57,774 nt of DNA, taken from positions 1 to 57,774 of IMG/VR virus record IMGVR_UViG_3300012953_000037. One strand, given 5' to 3'. Position 1 is the first letter of the stretch; every line of letters begins with the position of its first letter. Made by a program: the position numbers and the translations under genes. The notes beneath the pieces are model-generated. The model was not told where the DNA came from, did not search any database, and worked only from the letters and a program-made list of their open reading frames with translations. Origin of the DNA: a virus. Taxonomy: Duplodnaviria > Caudoviricetes. Shown here piece after piece: positions 29,639-40,081 of the stretch.

Positions 29639-31312
29639 ATGCCTTCAAAAAAATATTTCACTTCCGATAAAAGACAAGATGGAATTGAATCTAATCTAAA
29701 TCAAGTTATTGATGTGATCCAAGAAGATATATCTGGTTCTGCCACAAGAAGAAAGTACCAGACTTTCGTCACTGGAGGCATCGGGCCCGGTGTCACATCT
29801 TCACTGTATCAAACTATATACGATCAAGATTTTACGTTGCAGACTGCTAATGCAGTTATGGATATGACTGTTGGGTTATTCCACGACAATGCGAACAATG
29901 GTGGAGATGTACGATCTAATCTTGTCACAACAGGTACAGGATATAATAAGTCAGGGAATGACCAATTGCTATTTGATACGTCACATACGATGATGATGAG
30001 AGAAAAAGTAAATATTTACCGTCAATATGCTAAGCTTCTTTTGGGAGATGCAAACGCACCGTTTGCAATTAATACAAACCAGAACTCGAACACAGTTGAC
30101 AATGGCGCAACTAGCGTATGGAAGACAGACACAACAATTATGGATGCATGTCTTTTCATTAACGTAAAGAGATTATTTGCTAGAGATAGAATTAGGCCAG
30201 AAACTTTCGCAATGAGATTATATGAAAAAGCACCCGATTGGTACGATCCCACTAGTGTGAATTTAGCATTACAAGATCTTGATGGTGATGGTGTTGCTGA
30301 GTGGGTATGGGACTATAACCCAGCAGATGGGTCCGATGAGATCGACCCGAATACAAATGTTCAGTTTGTCCCTAGTGATTGGGATGCTAATAACACTGCG
30401 ACTGATGCGACAACCAATTTGTTTGGTACGGATATAGACTCATCTGAAAAGGGAGTAAAAATAATTGCCGACATCGGTGCGTTGCAGGGGATGCAATCCG
30501 GAACTGTATCGGGTGCTTGGGCTTACTTGAAACATGCAGCTAACGCTAATGAACATGTAGGTATTATTTTCTATGATGCGGGTATTGTCGTATTGAACCT
30601 TGGAGGTTCTTCTGCAGCAAACAGTCAATGGTCTGCTGGTAATTCACCAGAGGCTGCAAAATACGAAACAAACGCTGATGGTGGTGAAGGGCAAGCTACA
30701 GGGATCAAACCAGTATTTGATCCAAGAGACCGTGTGACCGGCGTAATTAGTGGCATGCTTTCAGCACACGGCGGTTCAGTCGCGACAGCTCAAAGTGATC
30801 TTGGAATTACAGATGCTCTAACAGCAGGTCAAATTTACATGGGTCATGCTTACAACTATGCACTAGCTGGTGGAGCGAACGCTGCTGACTCTCAAAGTGG
30901 GTCTGGCGGCGGAGACGGTCCTGCAATCAACTTGAGTGCTAGATTCTATCCGGATTTATTAGTCAGTGCTTCTATAGACGACATTGTCGATCACATTGGA
31001 TACACAAGATTTTCCTCTGGGTCATTAACTGCAGCTGCTTTTCAAAATGTGACGAAGATCAATTCATCGATTTTCTTCTGTAGAGCTACGGCTTCACAAT
31101 TCAATGGAAGCTCGAATGAAACATGGCAGGATCCAGACAATGCAGGGAGTTGGGTACTAGCTAATTCCTCGAATGATGCACCATACGCATATATTACCAC
31201 AGTGTTATTATACGATGATGAAAATGAAGTTGTTGCAGTTGCAAAACTTAATAGACCCATCGAGAAAAATAATCAGTCTGAGCTGACCATACGAGTACGC
31301 CTAGACTTCTAG
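29639..31312 (+). CDS. Putative baseplate wedge/collar protein (557 aa)
   Basis: AGGAG RBS. C-terminal YITTVLLYDDENEVVAVAKLNRPIEK...IRVRLDF is shared with the next gene. Contains a DLDGDG Ca-binding-like loop. Confidence 0.55.
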   Translation: MPSKKYFTSDKRQDGIESNLNQVIDVIQEDISGSATRRKYQTFVTGGIGPGVTSSLYQTIYDQDFTLQTANAVMDMTVGLFHDNANNGGDVRSNLVTTGTGYNKSGNDQLLFDTSHTMMMREKVNIYRQYAKLLLGDANAPFAINTNQNSNTVDNGATSVWKTDTTIMDACLFINVKRLFARDRIRPETFAMRLYEKAPDWYDPTSVNLALQDLDGDGVAEWVWDYNPADGSDEIDPNTNVQFVPSDWDANNTATDATTNLFGTDIDSSEKGVKIIADIGALQGMQSGTVSGAWAYLKHAANANEHVGIIFYDAGIVVLNLGGSSAANSQWSAGNSPEAAKYETNADGGEGQATGIKPVFDPRDRVTGVISGMLSAHGGSVATAQSDLGITDALTAGQIYMGHAYNYALAGGANAADSQSGSGGGDGPAINLSARFYPDLLVSASIDDIVDHIGYTRFSSGSLTAAAFQNVTKINSSIFFCRATASQFNGSSNETWQDPDNAGSWVLANSSNDAPYAYITTVLLYDDENEVVAVAKLNRPIEKNNQSELTIRVRLDF

Positions 31313-31321
31313 GAGGAAACT

Positions 31322-34300
31322 ATGGCCATACAGAAGGTCAATGACAGTAATAAACTTCTTTCACGTGTAGAATTACGACCTAAGAGATTGTATACATCAG
31401 GCTCTTGGGGAGTTTCTGGTTCTATATACGTGTTCCCGAACAGATCTGAAACACAGAAAGATAACATCGATGAGAGATTGAATCTTTTCCCGCTAGAAGA
31501 TGGCACAGACCCGAATTGGGATGGCTCTAACCCACCAGAAAGTGCAATCATACGACCATTTTCTGGGAACTCTCTAGAGGCACGAAGAATCGATATATAC
31601 GGCGGTGATTTTAATCTATTCGATCAAACACTTACCGATGCATTAGCTTGGGAATATACTTTTGAAGATAATACGGGCACTGTTCCAGCTTGGGCACTTG
31701 CCAACCCAAATGAAGTTGTCCCTTTTGATGAGACAGGTACGGATGTGTTCCTTGGTGATGACCTCAACGATTGGCTAGAGGAAGATTACAGTAGGATCGG
31801 AGTGGGCGACAAAGCAATCCAGTCTTTGGGTGACCCCTCTGTGACAACAACTTTTGTGTGGACATCTAACAACAATTGGGTGATCGAGGATAACAACAAC
31901 GATAACTCGATCTATAATAAGTTGCCTGAAACTGATAGGGACAAGAATGCACTCAACTATGAGGTGCCACTCTCACTATTGTTAGATGGTGCTGATCCAG
32001 AGACCCAAGACCACGCGTGGAGAAAAAGTGCAGTATACCAAGTAGAACAAAATAACCCGTTGTACTCGTTGGGAAATTCTAGTCTCACAGCTGGTAATCC
32101 AGAATTATTTCAATTCACTGGATGGAATTACCAGATGGAGAATGGTTTTCCGATTGAAACCACGACAATTACGTCAAAAGATGAAGTAAATGCATGGCCA
32201 CCAGAAATTGAAAAGTGGGGATCAAATATTATCACTAACTTTACAGTTCAAGGGTATTCAGATCTGTCGATGCATCCTAGAAACAAGACTCAAAAATTCA
32301 TAGAATTTGATCGAGCTGATTATGACTACTTCTCTCAATCGAGCTCGAAACAGAGAATGTTGTTTCGAAAATACAAAAACAAAGGATTGCTAGAAGAAGG
32401 TTGGTGGGTGAAAAATTCCCAAAGCTTGTCACTTCAGTCTTATTTGGATTTCCAGAGTGTCGAAAGAGTTCCAGCATTAGCGTATCCGGACGAAAATGCA
32501 CAATATGTTATTGATTTTTCTTCTTCTGAAATTTCTTTCAATATAGAATTTTGGATCAAGCCAGCAGAGGAACAAACAGAAATTGGAACAGTCGTACAGC
32601 TCGATGAGAATTATGCGATTGTAATTATTCCAGACCCTGACTATATCGTAAATAGTATCCCTCAAAGGTTTAGAGTCTCGATGAGAGTCGGTTCTGCTGC
32701 AGCTGATGGCGAAGCTATACTTGGAGATCTAGACCATCGAGAGAATGGTGGGACTGCTGGGGTTTTCATATCCAGACCCTTACTGACTGTTAATGAATGG
32801 CATCACGTATCTTTACGATGGGGTAGGAATTTTAACAATGGCCTATTTACAATGTACCTAAATAACGTACCAGTCGAGGAATTTGATGGTATTAATGACG
32901 GTGCTAGAACTGGCTTGATTCAGACTAATGTTGCGATTACAACGACCAATAAAGCTTTGTTTGTTGGAGGATACCCAAGTGATACAAACTCGTATCAAAA
33001 CGAAATATGGGACGAATATAGCCTGAACCAAAGAGGATTGGGTTGGGCGAATGCAGAATCCCAATCGGGTGGTACGATCACTGGAGGTGGTTATCTCACA
33101 AACTTTTCATGTCGATTTCAACTGAAGTCAGAATTAACTGAGCTTCGATGTTGGGATTATCCTAGAACTGAAGAGATAATAGACCGAGAATGGACATCTA
33201 GAGCGAATACAGCAGGATCTTTATTGTATTACATCCCATTTTGGTTTGATGCAAACCATGAATTTTTCGAAAGGAAACCTGAGCTCATTCCGGGAGTTGC
33301 AACTGAGAACCAAAGCTACGACCCGGGCGTAGATTTAGAAGAAATATTTTATGATCATGCAGCTGACATTTCAAACACTATGGAATATTACCATCAAAAG
33401 ACACCGTTCTGTGAAAATTGGGGACATATTGCTGGAGTTCCTTTTGTGAACGTAGGATCCCACTTGAAAGAGTATATAGGTTCGTCAATACCCGTTGTCG
33501 TAGGCATGCCTGATATAAGTGATAAAGACATCAGGGTGTATCCAAATTTTGATGGGTCTTCAAACACAGTTAATAATCAGTTCCAAAAGGAAAAGATAAG
33601 CTATCTACAAAGAAACTGGTCGAGGATAAACTGGCTTCGTTGTTGGAACTCAATTATGGTGCCTTGCACCATTCAATTAGATACCCATATCACAAAATTT
33701 ATTGATGCGGATTCTGCAACCTCTAGCGTATACGAAAATGGGACACCAATAAAGATCAGTTATCATAAGCCAGAAAATCTTAGCTTTTATGAGTCCAATG
33801 CAGTTGGGAATACACTCAGTGGAAAGATGTTCGAAGATGAACAATGGAGGCAAGGCACTAGGACAGAAGTAAAAGACCAGAACACCGAGGAATTATTATC
33901 TTGGTCTCAAGAACCAAAATTAACTGTGGATGGTATGACTAATGACATCGATAATTTGGCTGAGGTGATCGTGGAGGAGGATATATTACCCCCTTACTCA
34001 TTAGTAATTTCTATTCCAGTCATCTATTATGGCAATAGAATCGAGCCTGAGTCTTTTTGTCTTTCTACAAAAACAGAAAGCGGAAAAGATATAAAGATCG
34101 TCGATAGAAATGGAGTACTCTACGTCGCAGATTATCTACAGAGACCAACATGTGCTAAGGTCGGCCATATCGATTATGAATTCGGGTACTTGTGTATTTT
34201 TTCACATCTCCTTTGCAACGTTTCACTAAATGAAACTAGCTTAGAATTTAGAGGAAGTAAAAACCTCCATGTGCTCCAATTTGACGTCAGGTGCCCTGTT

Positions 34301-34507
34301 GGTTTTGCTAATGAATCTAAGAACAACAATTATCAATCTTTACGTGCTACTGCTAACTCTAACGAATCTGAATCTCTAACTACTTACATTTCTACAGTTT
34401 ACTTACATGATGAGAACCTTAATATTATTGGGAAGGTCAAATTGGCTCAACCTATACAGAAACGAGAAGAAGACTCTTTCTTGTTCAGAATTAAAATGGA
34501 TTTTTGA
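31322..34507 (+). CDS. LamG/ConA-like domain baseplate protein (1061 aa)
   Basis: AGGAGG RBS. LamG pattern FNIEFWIKP...NEWHHVSLRW...MYLNN...LFVGG...ELRCWDYPRT. C-terminal YISTVYLHDENLNIIGKVKLAQPIQK...FRIKMDF. Confidence 0.65.
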   Translation: MAIQKVNDSNKLLSRVELRPKRLYTSGSWGVSGSIYVFPNRSETQKDNIDERLNLFPLEDGTDPNWDGSNPPESAIIRPFSGNSLEARRIDIYGGDFNLFDQTLTDALAWEYTFEDNTGTVPAWALANPNEVVPFDETGTDVFLGDDLNDWLEEDYSRIGVGDKAIQSLGDPSVTTTFVWTSNNNWVIEDNNNDNSIYNKLPETDRDKNALNYEVPLSLLLDGADPETQDHAWRKSAVYQVEQNNPLYSLGNSSLTAGNPELFQFTGWNYQMENGFPIETTTITSKDEVNAWPPEIEKWGSNIITNFTVQGYSDLSMHPRNKTQKFIEFDRADYDYFSQSSSKQRMLFRKYKNKGLLEEGWWVKNSQSLSLQSYLDFQSVERVPALAYPDENAQYVIDFSSSEISFNIEFWIKPAEEQTEIGTVVQLDENYAIVIIPDPDYIVNSIPQRFRVSMRVGSAAADGEAILGDLDHRENGGTAGVFISRPLLTVNEWHHVSLRWGRNFNNGLFTMYLNNVPVEEFDGINDGARTGLIQTNVAITTTNKALFVGGYPSDTNSYQNEIWDEYSLNQRGLGWANAESQSGGTITGGGYLTNFSCRFQLKSELTELRCWDYPRTEEIIDREWTSRANTAGSLLYYIPFWFDANHEFFERKPELIPGVATENQSYDPGVDLEEIFYDHAADISNTMEYYHQKTPFCENWGHIAGVPFVNVGSHLKEYIGSSIPVVVGMPDISDKDIRVYPNFDGSSNTVNNQFQKEKISYLQRNWSRINWLRCWNSIMVPCTIQLDTHITKFIDADSATSSVYENGTPIKISYHKPENLSFYESNAVGNTLSGKMFEDEQWRQGTRTEVKDQNTEELLSWSQEPKLTVDGMTNDIDNLAEVIVEEDILPPYSLVISIPVIYYGNRIEPESFCLSTKTESGKDIKIVDRNGVLYVADYLQRPTCAKVGHIDYEFGYLCIFSHLLCNVSLNETSLEFRGSKNLHVLQFDVRCPVGFANESKNNNYQSLRATANSNESESLTTYISTVYLHDENLNIIGKVKLAQPIQKREEDSFLFRIKMDF

Positions 34508-35052
34508 TGATTGTTGGATTAGATGCAAGTACAAGTACAGTGGGTATTTGTATATTAGATAAAAAAGGGGAGATTGTACAAAATTATTTTCTGAAATTAA
34601 AGAAACAGAAGGAATTATGTACGAAAGGAGACGTGCTTAAAGACGAATTAGAAAAGATTCAGTCTAAGTACGATATAACACAGGTATTTATAGAGGACTA
34701 TGCTCAGAGGATGGCTAGAGGAACTTCTAGTGCACAGACTATTACGAGACTAGCGGCTTGGAATGGCATCTGTCAGTACTTGTCCTATCAAATCTTTCAC
34801 GTTCAGCCCGAAGTTTTGAATGTTGCAAGAGCTAGAAAGCTACTACAGATCAAGACACAGTCCAAGAAGAAAACAGGTATACCCGTCAAGGACCAAGTCT
34901 TTGCATGGGTCACAAGACACCTCAATGCTGAATGGCCTACAAAAGTCCTACAGTCTGGCCCCCGTAAAGGTCAAGAAGTTGTCCTAGACGAAGCAAAGGA
35001 TATGGCGGATGCTTGGGTTGTTGCCAAAGCAGGGTACGTTTCTAATTTGTAA
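34507..35052 (+). CDS. RuvC-like Holliday junction resolvase
   Basis: RNase H-fold acidic motifs IVGLDAST, VFIED and DMADAW. TGATG overlap with the upstream gene. Confidence 0.8.
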   Translation: MIVGLDASTSTVGICILDKKGEIVQNYFLKLKKQKELCTKGDVLKDELEKIQSKYDITQVFIEDYAQRMARGTSSAQTITRLAAWNGICQYLSYQIFHVQPEVLNVARARKLLQIKTQSKKKTGIPVKDQVFAWVTRHLNAEWPTKVLQSGPRKGQEVVLDEAKDMADAWVVAKAGYVSNL

Positions 35053-35075
35053 AATAGAAAATAGTATATTACTAT
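35047..35075 (+). promoter_or_regulatory. Sigma70-like promoter TTGTAA-N17-TACTAT (primase)
   Basis: -35 at 35047-35052 and -10 at 35070-35075 with a 17-nt spacer. Same -35 hexamer and spacing as the promoter at 36899. Confidence 0.55.
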
Positions 35076-35081
35076 TACTTT

Positions 35082-36011
35082 ATGTACGAATCTAAAATCA
35101 AATTTTTAAGTCGGGTCTGGCCCAATCACCGTATCACTTCTGGTGGACGAGAGTTCAAAGTTGTGTGTCCAAAATGCGGAGATAAGTCCAGACCCGACAA
35201 GCGTAAACTGTGTATACGTCTAGATAACGATTTGTACCACTGTTGGGTGTGTGATCTCAAAGGCCGATCTGTCTCACGTCTTATTCGTAAAGTGAAACCA
35301 ACACTTGCGGCTTCGTACCAATCACAATTTGGTCAAGTCAAGTTTCAGGAACACCAAGAGGATTTTGTCAAGTGTGAACTTCCGGATGGTTTTCGTTTGG
35401 TTATGAATAATCTTTACGATCCTGATGCGAAAAGAGTGCGACGATACGCACACACCCGTGGTATCACCGATAGTGAACTGTGGCGGTTCCGTGTGGGTTA
35501 TTCTCCCCAAATGAGAAGGCGTATGATACTACCTTCTTTCGATGAGAATGGCACACTAAACTATTGGACAGCGAGAAGATGCGATTCAAATCCTGACTGG
35601 CGATACCTCAACGCAAAAGTACCGAAGACACAATTCGTAGTGGGTGAATTGGATCTAGACTGGAGTGCTGAGGAAATCGTCCTTGTAGAAGGGCCAACAG
35701 ATCTTATCAAGTGTTCGTTGCTCAACGCCACATGTTTACTTGGTAGTACACTTTCAGAAAATAGTGAGTTATTTAGAAAATTAATCACATACCCTGAAAG
35801 GATCGTTTTAGCAATGGATGCAGATGCTAGAAAGAAACAAGATAAAATCGCATCACTTCTAATGTCTTACGATAAAGACGTCTATTGGGTCACTGCACCC
35901 AAAGATTCAGATTGGGGTGACTTAGATCCACGGGATGTGTACAATAAGATGCAAATACAGTATCAATATACCCCTGATACGAAATTAATGAATATGATTC
36001 AAGATCTTTAG
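35082..36011 (+). CDS. DNA primase (Zn-binding + TOPRIM; DnaG/T4 gp61-like)
   Basis: CPKC...YHCWVC zinc-binding domain, RGI and R.ILPSFD..G.LNYW.AR motifs, and TOPRIM motifs LVEGPTD and MDADA. Confidence 0.85.
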   Translation: MYESKIKFLSRVWPNHRITSGGREFKVVCPKCGDKSRPDKRKLCIRLDNDLYHCWVCDLKGRSVSRLIRKVKPTLAASYQSQFGQVKFQEHQEDFVKCELPDGFRLVMNNLYDPDAKRVRRYAHTRGITDSELWRFRVGYSPQMRRRMILPSFDENGTLNYWTARRCDSNPDWRYLNAKVPKTQFVVGELDLDWSAEEIVLVEGPTDLIKCSLLNATCLLGSTLSENSELFRKLITYPERIVLAMDADARKKQDKIASLLMSYDKDVYWVTAPKDSDWGDLDPRDVYNKMQIQYQYTPDTKLMNMIQDL

Positions 36012-36019
36012 TATAATTA
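36012..36019 (+). promoter_or_regulatory. Putative late promoter TATAATTA
   Basis: Exact octamer, 31 nt before the ATG at 36043. Confidence 0.65.
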
Positions 36020-36042
36020 GCTCTTGTTAGCAGAGGTAAGAT

Positions 36043-36891
36043 ATGAAGACAATTGAACAAGCTATTTTAGATGAATTTCATCTAGGGCAAGGAACAGTCC
36101 ACATCGATGATCTTTTAGACATGTTTCGAGAAGAATTCCCGGGAGAACCTTTTGAGAATTTGCATGCTGCGATGGAAATACTAGAAGCTGAAGGAGTGAT
36201 CAAACTCGAAGGCTCTTCTGGTTATTACCATCATCTCGCAGAAGTACGATATACAATACGAAACATTCTTAGTGAAGCTAGATACAAAAAGAATAGAAAA
36301 CAACGAAGATATGTAGCAAACACAATTCAGACGAATCAAGGAAAGTATGATCCCCGAAATGACCGACATCGTCAGATGCTAGCTCAAGATCTCTATAAGA
36401 ACATGACTAAAGCCCAACAAGGTTTCTCGACAAAAGGGATTAGGTATCTTAAAGAAGGCGAAGAAATTGTCTGGAAAAAAACATTCCCGAATGGAATGAA
36501 ACTGAACGTGTATACTTCCGTGAAAACAGAAGTAGATCCCACACAGAAATCTGGCAAAACGTTTAGATTTGCACCTAGAGCAAAAGGAAGAGTATATTTC
36601 CAGATCGAATATACTATTCCAGCTGCATACGCTAGAGTTGCAGGAGTACCTCAAGGTTCACAGATGTATTATTCTTTTTCATCAACACCTGTCAATCGTG
36701 TAGGAACATTCGCACAGATCATTGCAAGAATTAATGCAGGCATTGAAGGCCTCGAGGATTTCGGAGATAGAATCAAAAAAGCTGCAGCTTACTTTTCAAA
36801 GGTTGCTAAAGGTGACGAATCCATCGAAGATGTAGAAGCAGCATTGACAGATGCACTCCCAGGCCGTCAAACTATGACACAGGATATATAA
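36043..36891 (+). CDS. Hypothetical protein (282 aa), candidate internal head protein
   Basis: GAGGT RBS and late motif. N-terminus MKTIEQAILDE and internal LAEVRYTIRNILSE, followed by a basic region. Confidence 0.55.
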   Translation: MKTIEQAILDEFHLGQGTVHIDDLLDMFREEFPGEPFENLHAAMEILEAEGVIKLEGSSGYYHHLAEVRYTIRNILSEARYKKNRKQRRYVANTIQTNQGKYDPRNDRHRQMLAQDLYKNMTKAQQGFSTKGIRYLKEGEEIVWKKTFPNGMKLNVYTSVKTEVDPTQKSGKTFRFAPRAKGRVYFQIEYTIPAAYARVAGVPQGSQMYYSFSSTPVNRVGTFAQIIARINAGIEGLEDFGDRIKKAAAYFSKVAKGDESIEDVEAALTDALPGRQTMTQDI

Positions 36892-36898
36892 ATCGATT

Positions 36899-36927
36899 TT
36901 GTAAAGTACGACAGAGGTGAGTATAAT
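36899..36927 (+). promoter_or_regulatory. Sigma70-like promoter TTGTAA-N17-TATAAT (SbcCD fusion)
   Basis: -35 at 36899-36904, consensus -10 at 36922-36927, 17-nt spacer. Confidence 0.65.
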
Positions 36928-36949
36928 GTATCTATCTAGGAGAGGATCT

Positions 36950-39900
36950 ATGAAGATAGTACATATTGCTGACGTTCATTGGCGTGGTTTACAACGCCAT
37001 GAGGAATACCGACGCTCATTCGAAGACATGTTCACACAGTGCAGGGAAATTAATCCTGATGCAATCGTTATTGCAGGTGACATTGTTCATTCGAAAACCC
37101 AAGGCATCTCACCCGAGTTAATCGACTCACTTGCGTGGTGGTTTACGGAGATGCATAAGATTTGTCCTGTGCACTTGATGTTAGGAAACCACGATGGTCT
37201 CGTACTCAATGCCGACAGGCAAGATGCAATTTCACCCATTGTGAACATGCTTAATCTACCACGTTTGTACCTATACAAAGGTACTGGTGTTTATCCCGAT
37301 CCTCATCTTGATGATGTCGAATGGTGTGTCTACTGTCCTTTCGATACGAAAGGATACGACTCTCTAAGGCCTTCAGGTAAGAGACCTATCTCCATCGCAC
37401 TATATCATGGATCAGTTTGGGGTTCTCATACTGATGGTGACTTTATGCTCGAAGGAGAGACGAAGATGTCGAGGTTTCGTGAGTTTACATTTACGATGTT
37501 AGGTGACATTCACAAAAGGCAACAGATGGATGCAGAAGGTCGTATACATTATCCGGGATCGACGATACAGCAGAACTACGGTGAAACACCCGGTAAAGGT
37601 TTTCTATGTTGGCACATCAACGGCCCTGACGACTGGAAAGTCGAGTTCCATCCAGTTGCGCATGCAAACCCATTCGTGACAGCCGATTGGAAAGGAAACA
37701 TCGTAGCCACAATCAATGAATGTGTAAAAACTTGGCCTCGTGGTGCTCGCTATAGAATCCGAGCAAATGAACAACTCGATCCAAAAACACAAAGAAAAGT
37801 ATCTACTGTTCTTCGTAGAGAATACGACGCACACGAAGTAGTATTCAAGTTAGTTCCAAAATATCAAGATCAATCACAAGAAGAGATTATCGAGAAACTC
37901 GAGGTACTGGATCTTAGTGATCTTCAAACCCACAAGGACCTCCTTGCAGAATATGGTTCTGACGAAGGTTTCACCGACGAGTTTTGGGATGAATGTTTCG
38001 AAATTATGGAAAAGACCATCACAAACCTCGATTATTCGATACCTCTTGGCAAGAAATGGTCGCTTAAGAAGATGAACTTCGACAATACGTTTGGGTATGG
38101 ATCACATAACACGATTGATTTCGGTAAACTCTCAGGTGTCGTAGGTCTATTCGGACAAAATCGATGTGGTAAGTCGTCTATCCCGGGCACAATCATGTAC
38201 TCGCTGTATAATTCGAATGACCGCGGCCTTACATCCAACGCACATGTCGTCAATTATCGCAAGAAAGAGGCAAATTCAGATCTTACATTCTCTGTAAACT
38301 CAAAGCTTTATCGTATTGAACGACAATCTGTGCGGTATACATCTAGAAGAAAAGGAACTGATGGTGCGCAGACTTATCTAAACTTGTTTGAAGTAGACGA
38401 AGAAGGATGCATCCTACGGGATCTCAGTGGAGAACAACGGAGAGATACGGAAAAAGAGTTGCGAGATCTTATCGGGTCACCCGACGAGTTTATGATGACA
38501 TCGTTTGCCGCACAAGGAAACATGAATGCATTCATTAACAAAGGAAGCACTGACAGGAAAAAGCTCTTGTCGACATTTATGGGCTTGGACGTATTTGACG
38601 AGATCCACAAGAAAATCAAATCAGAAAGCGAAGGCATTAAGGGTATGCTTAAGCGTATGGATGAAAAAGATTGGGTGGCTGAAATACGCAAGAAACGACA
38701 CCGCATTGGTCAGCTAACTGAGGAAAATGTTGATCTCAAGATGGAGATAGATGATTTATCTGAAAGACTATCAGGTTTGCGAAACAAAGCCAACGAAGAT
38801 CACGATGACTTCGTAGATCCATCCGTCTTACAGCGTGCAGAATCGAATCTTGAGACAAAGAAGAATCAATTGCGTAAGTTATCACGTACCATCGAAACAA
38901 CACAAGAGGAAATCGAATCTCTTCGCATCAAGTTCGGTAAGTACGATAACATCAAGGCAACATTTCCTATCGAAGGCTTTCGCAGAAGACTCGAGAACCT
39001 CGAGGATTTGAATAGATCATTAATGAAACAGAAAAACTTGCTCGATAAAGAAAATCGTATCTTGAAAGGACAAAAACACTCTGTGTCACTTCTAAAAGAA
39101 GTGCCTTGTGGTGATTCGTTTCCAACGTGTAAGTTTATTGCTGAATCGCACAGAAACAAAACTCTAATGAAAGAACAAAAAGAACTAGTTTCAGAATTAC
39201 GTACAGAAGTCGCTAAGATGAAAGAATCAATCGATGACCTACAAGGTGAAGGCCTTCGCAATCGTATCGCCAAGTACGAAGGTATGCTAAGGCAAGAAGC
39301 TGAAGATAAGATTTCTCATACTCGTTTGGAATCATCGATAGAAACGAGTCAAATGAAGATCTCTAGACTAGAGAGAGAAATCGACCAATTAAATGAACAA
39401 ATCGTAGGTTTGAAACTCAAGCTGAATGCTGATAAATCAGACGAATTAAAACGTCTTCAACGAATGATTCAGGATGTTGCAAGCCAAGTTTCTACGAAAG
39501 AGTCGACATATATAGGAAACGTTGGAAAGATTGGTAAGTTTACGAGTGATATAGAACAACTGAAAAAAGACCAAATCGAATATGATCGCCTGCAAATGGA
39601 ATACAAAGCTTATGATTTTCTTCTAAAAGCTACGTCTTGGCGTGGTATCCCAACACATGTTATGTCAAAACAGCTACCAGCTATTAACGCAGAGCTCGCA
39701 AAGATTTTATCGGATGTGACCGGTTTCACGATAGAGCTAGAAGTAGACGAAAGAAATACGAACATTTTCATCAATTACGGTGATACACGACGCCCTGTTG
39801 AGTGTGCCTCGGGTATGGAAAAGATGGTATCGTCTATGGCGTTAAGAGTAGCAATGTCGAATGTATCGTCTTTATCTAAATCTGATATGTTTATCGTGGA

Positions 39901-40081
39901 TGAAGGTTTCGGTGCACTGGATCCTCACAACATCGAATCTGTCGTAGGATTACTTCATCGTCTAAAACGGTACTATAGACTTATTCTAGTCATCTCCCAT
40001 GTAGAATTTATCAAAGATTCTGTAGACGAAGTGATTGAAATTACAAGGAATGGCGTAGACTCAAAGGTGGTATATGAATAA
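36950..40081 (+). CDS. Fused SbcD-SbcC (Mre11-Rad50; T4 gp47-gp46-like) recombination nuclease/ATPase
   Basis: Phosphoesterase motifs HIADVH, GDIVH, GNHD and GDIH. Walker A GQNRCGKSS, Q-loop AAQG, long coiled coil, signature-like ASGMEK, Walker B/D-loop FIVDEGFGALD, H-loop ISH. AGGAGAGGA RBS supports ATG 36950. Confidence 0.9.
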   Translation: MKIVHIADVHWRGLQRHEEYRRSFEDMFTQCREINPDAIVIAGDIVHSKTQGISPELIDSLAWWFTEMHKICPVHLMLGNHDGLVLNADRQDAISPIVNMLNLPRLYLYKGTGVYPDPHLDDVEWCVYCPFDTKGYDSLRPSGKRPISIALYHGSVWGSHTDGDFMLEGETKMSRFREFTFTMLGDIHKRQQMDAEGRIHYPGSTIQQNYGETPGKGFLCWHINGPDDWKVEFHPVAHANPFVTADWKGNIVATINECVKTWPRGARYRIRANEQLDPKTQRKVSTVLRREYDAHEVVFKLVPKYQDQSQEEIIEKLEVLDLSDLQTHKDLLAEYGSDEGFTDEFWDECFEIMEKTITNLDYSIPLGKKWSLKKMNFDNTFGYGSHNTIDFGKLSGVVGLFGQNRCGKSSIPGTIMYSLYNSNDRGLTSNAHVVNYRKKEANSDLTFSVNSKLYRIERQSVRYTSRRKGTDGAQTYLNLFEVDEEGCILRDLSGEQRRDTEKELRDLIGSPDEFMMTSFAAQGNMNAFINKGSTDRKKLLSTFMGLDVFDEIHKKIKSESEGIKGMLKRMDEKDWVAEIRKKRHRIGQLTEENVDLKMEIDDLSERLSGLRNKANEDHDDFVDPSVLQRAESNLETKKNQLRKLSRTIETTQEEIESLRIKFGKYDNIKATFPIEGFRRRLENLEDLNRSLMKQKNLLDKENRILKGQKHSVSLLKEVPCGDSFPTCKFIAESHRNKTLMKEQKELVSELRTEVAKMKESIDDLQGEGLRNRIAKYEGMLRQEAEDKISHTRLESSIETSQMKISRLEREIDQLNEQIVGLKLKLNADKSDELKRLQRMIQDVASQVSTKESTYIGNVGKIGKFTSDIEQLKKDQIEYDRLQMEYKAYDFLLKATSWRGIPTHVMSKQLPAINAELAKILSDVTGFTIELEVDERNTNIFINYGDTRRPVECASGMEKMVSSMALRVAMSNVSSLSKSDMFIVDEGFGALDPHNIESVVGLLHRLKRYYRLILVISHVEFIKDSVDEVIEITRNGVDSKVVYE

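Noticed and set aside
34507-35052. RuvC-fold protein as a Cas12/TnpB-like effector
   Set aside because: Only ~181 aa, with no Zn finger, REC region or adjacent array. It fits a stand-alone resolvase.
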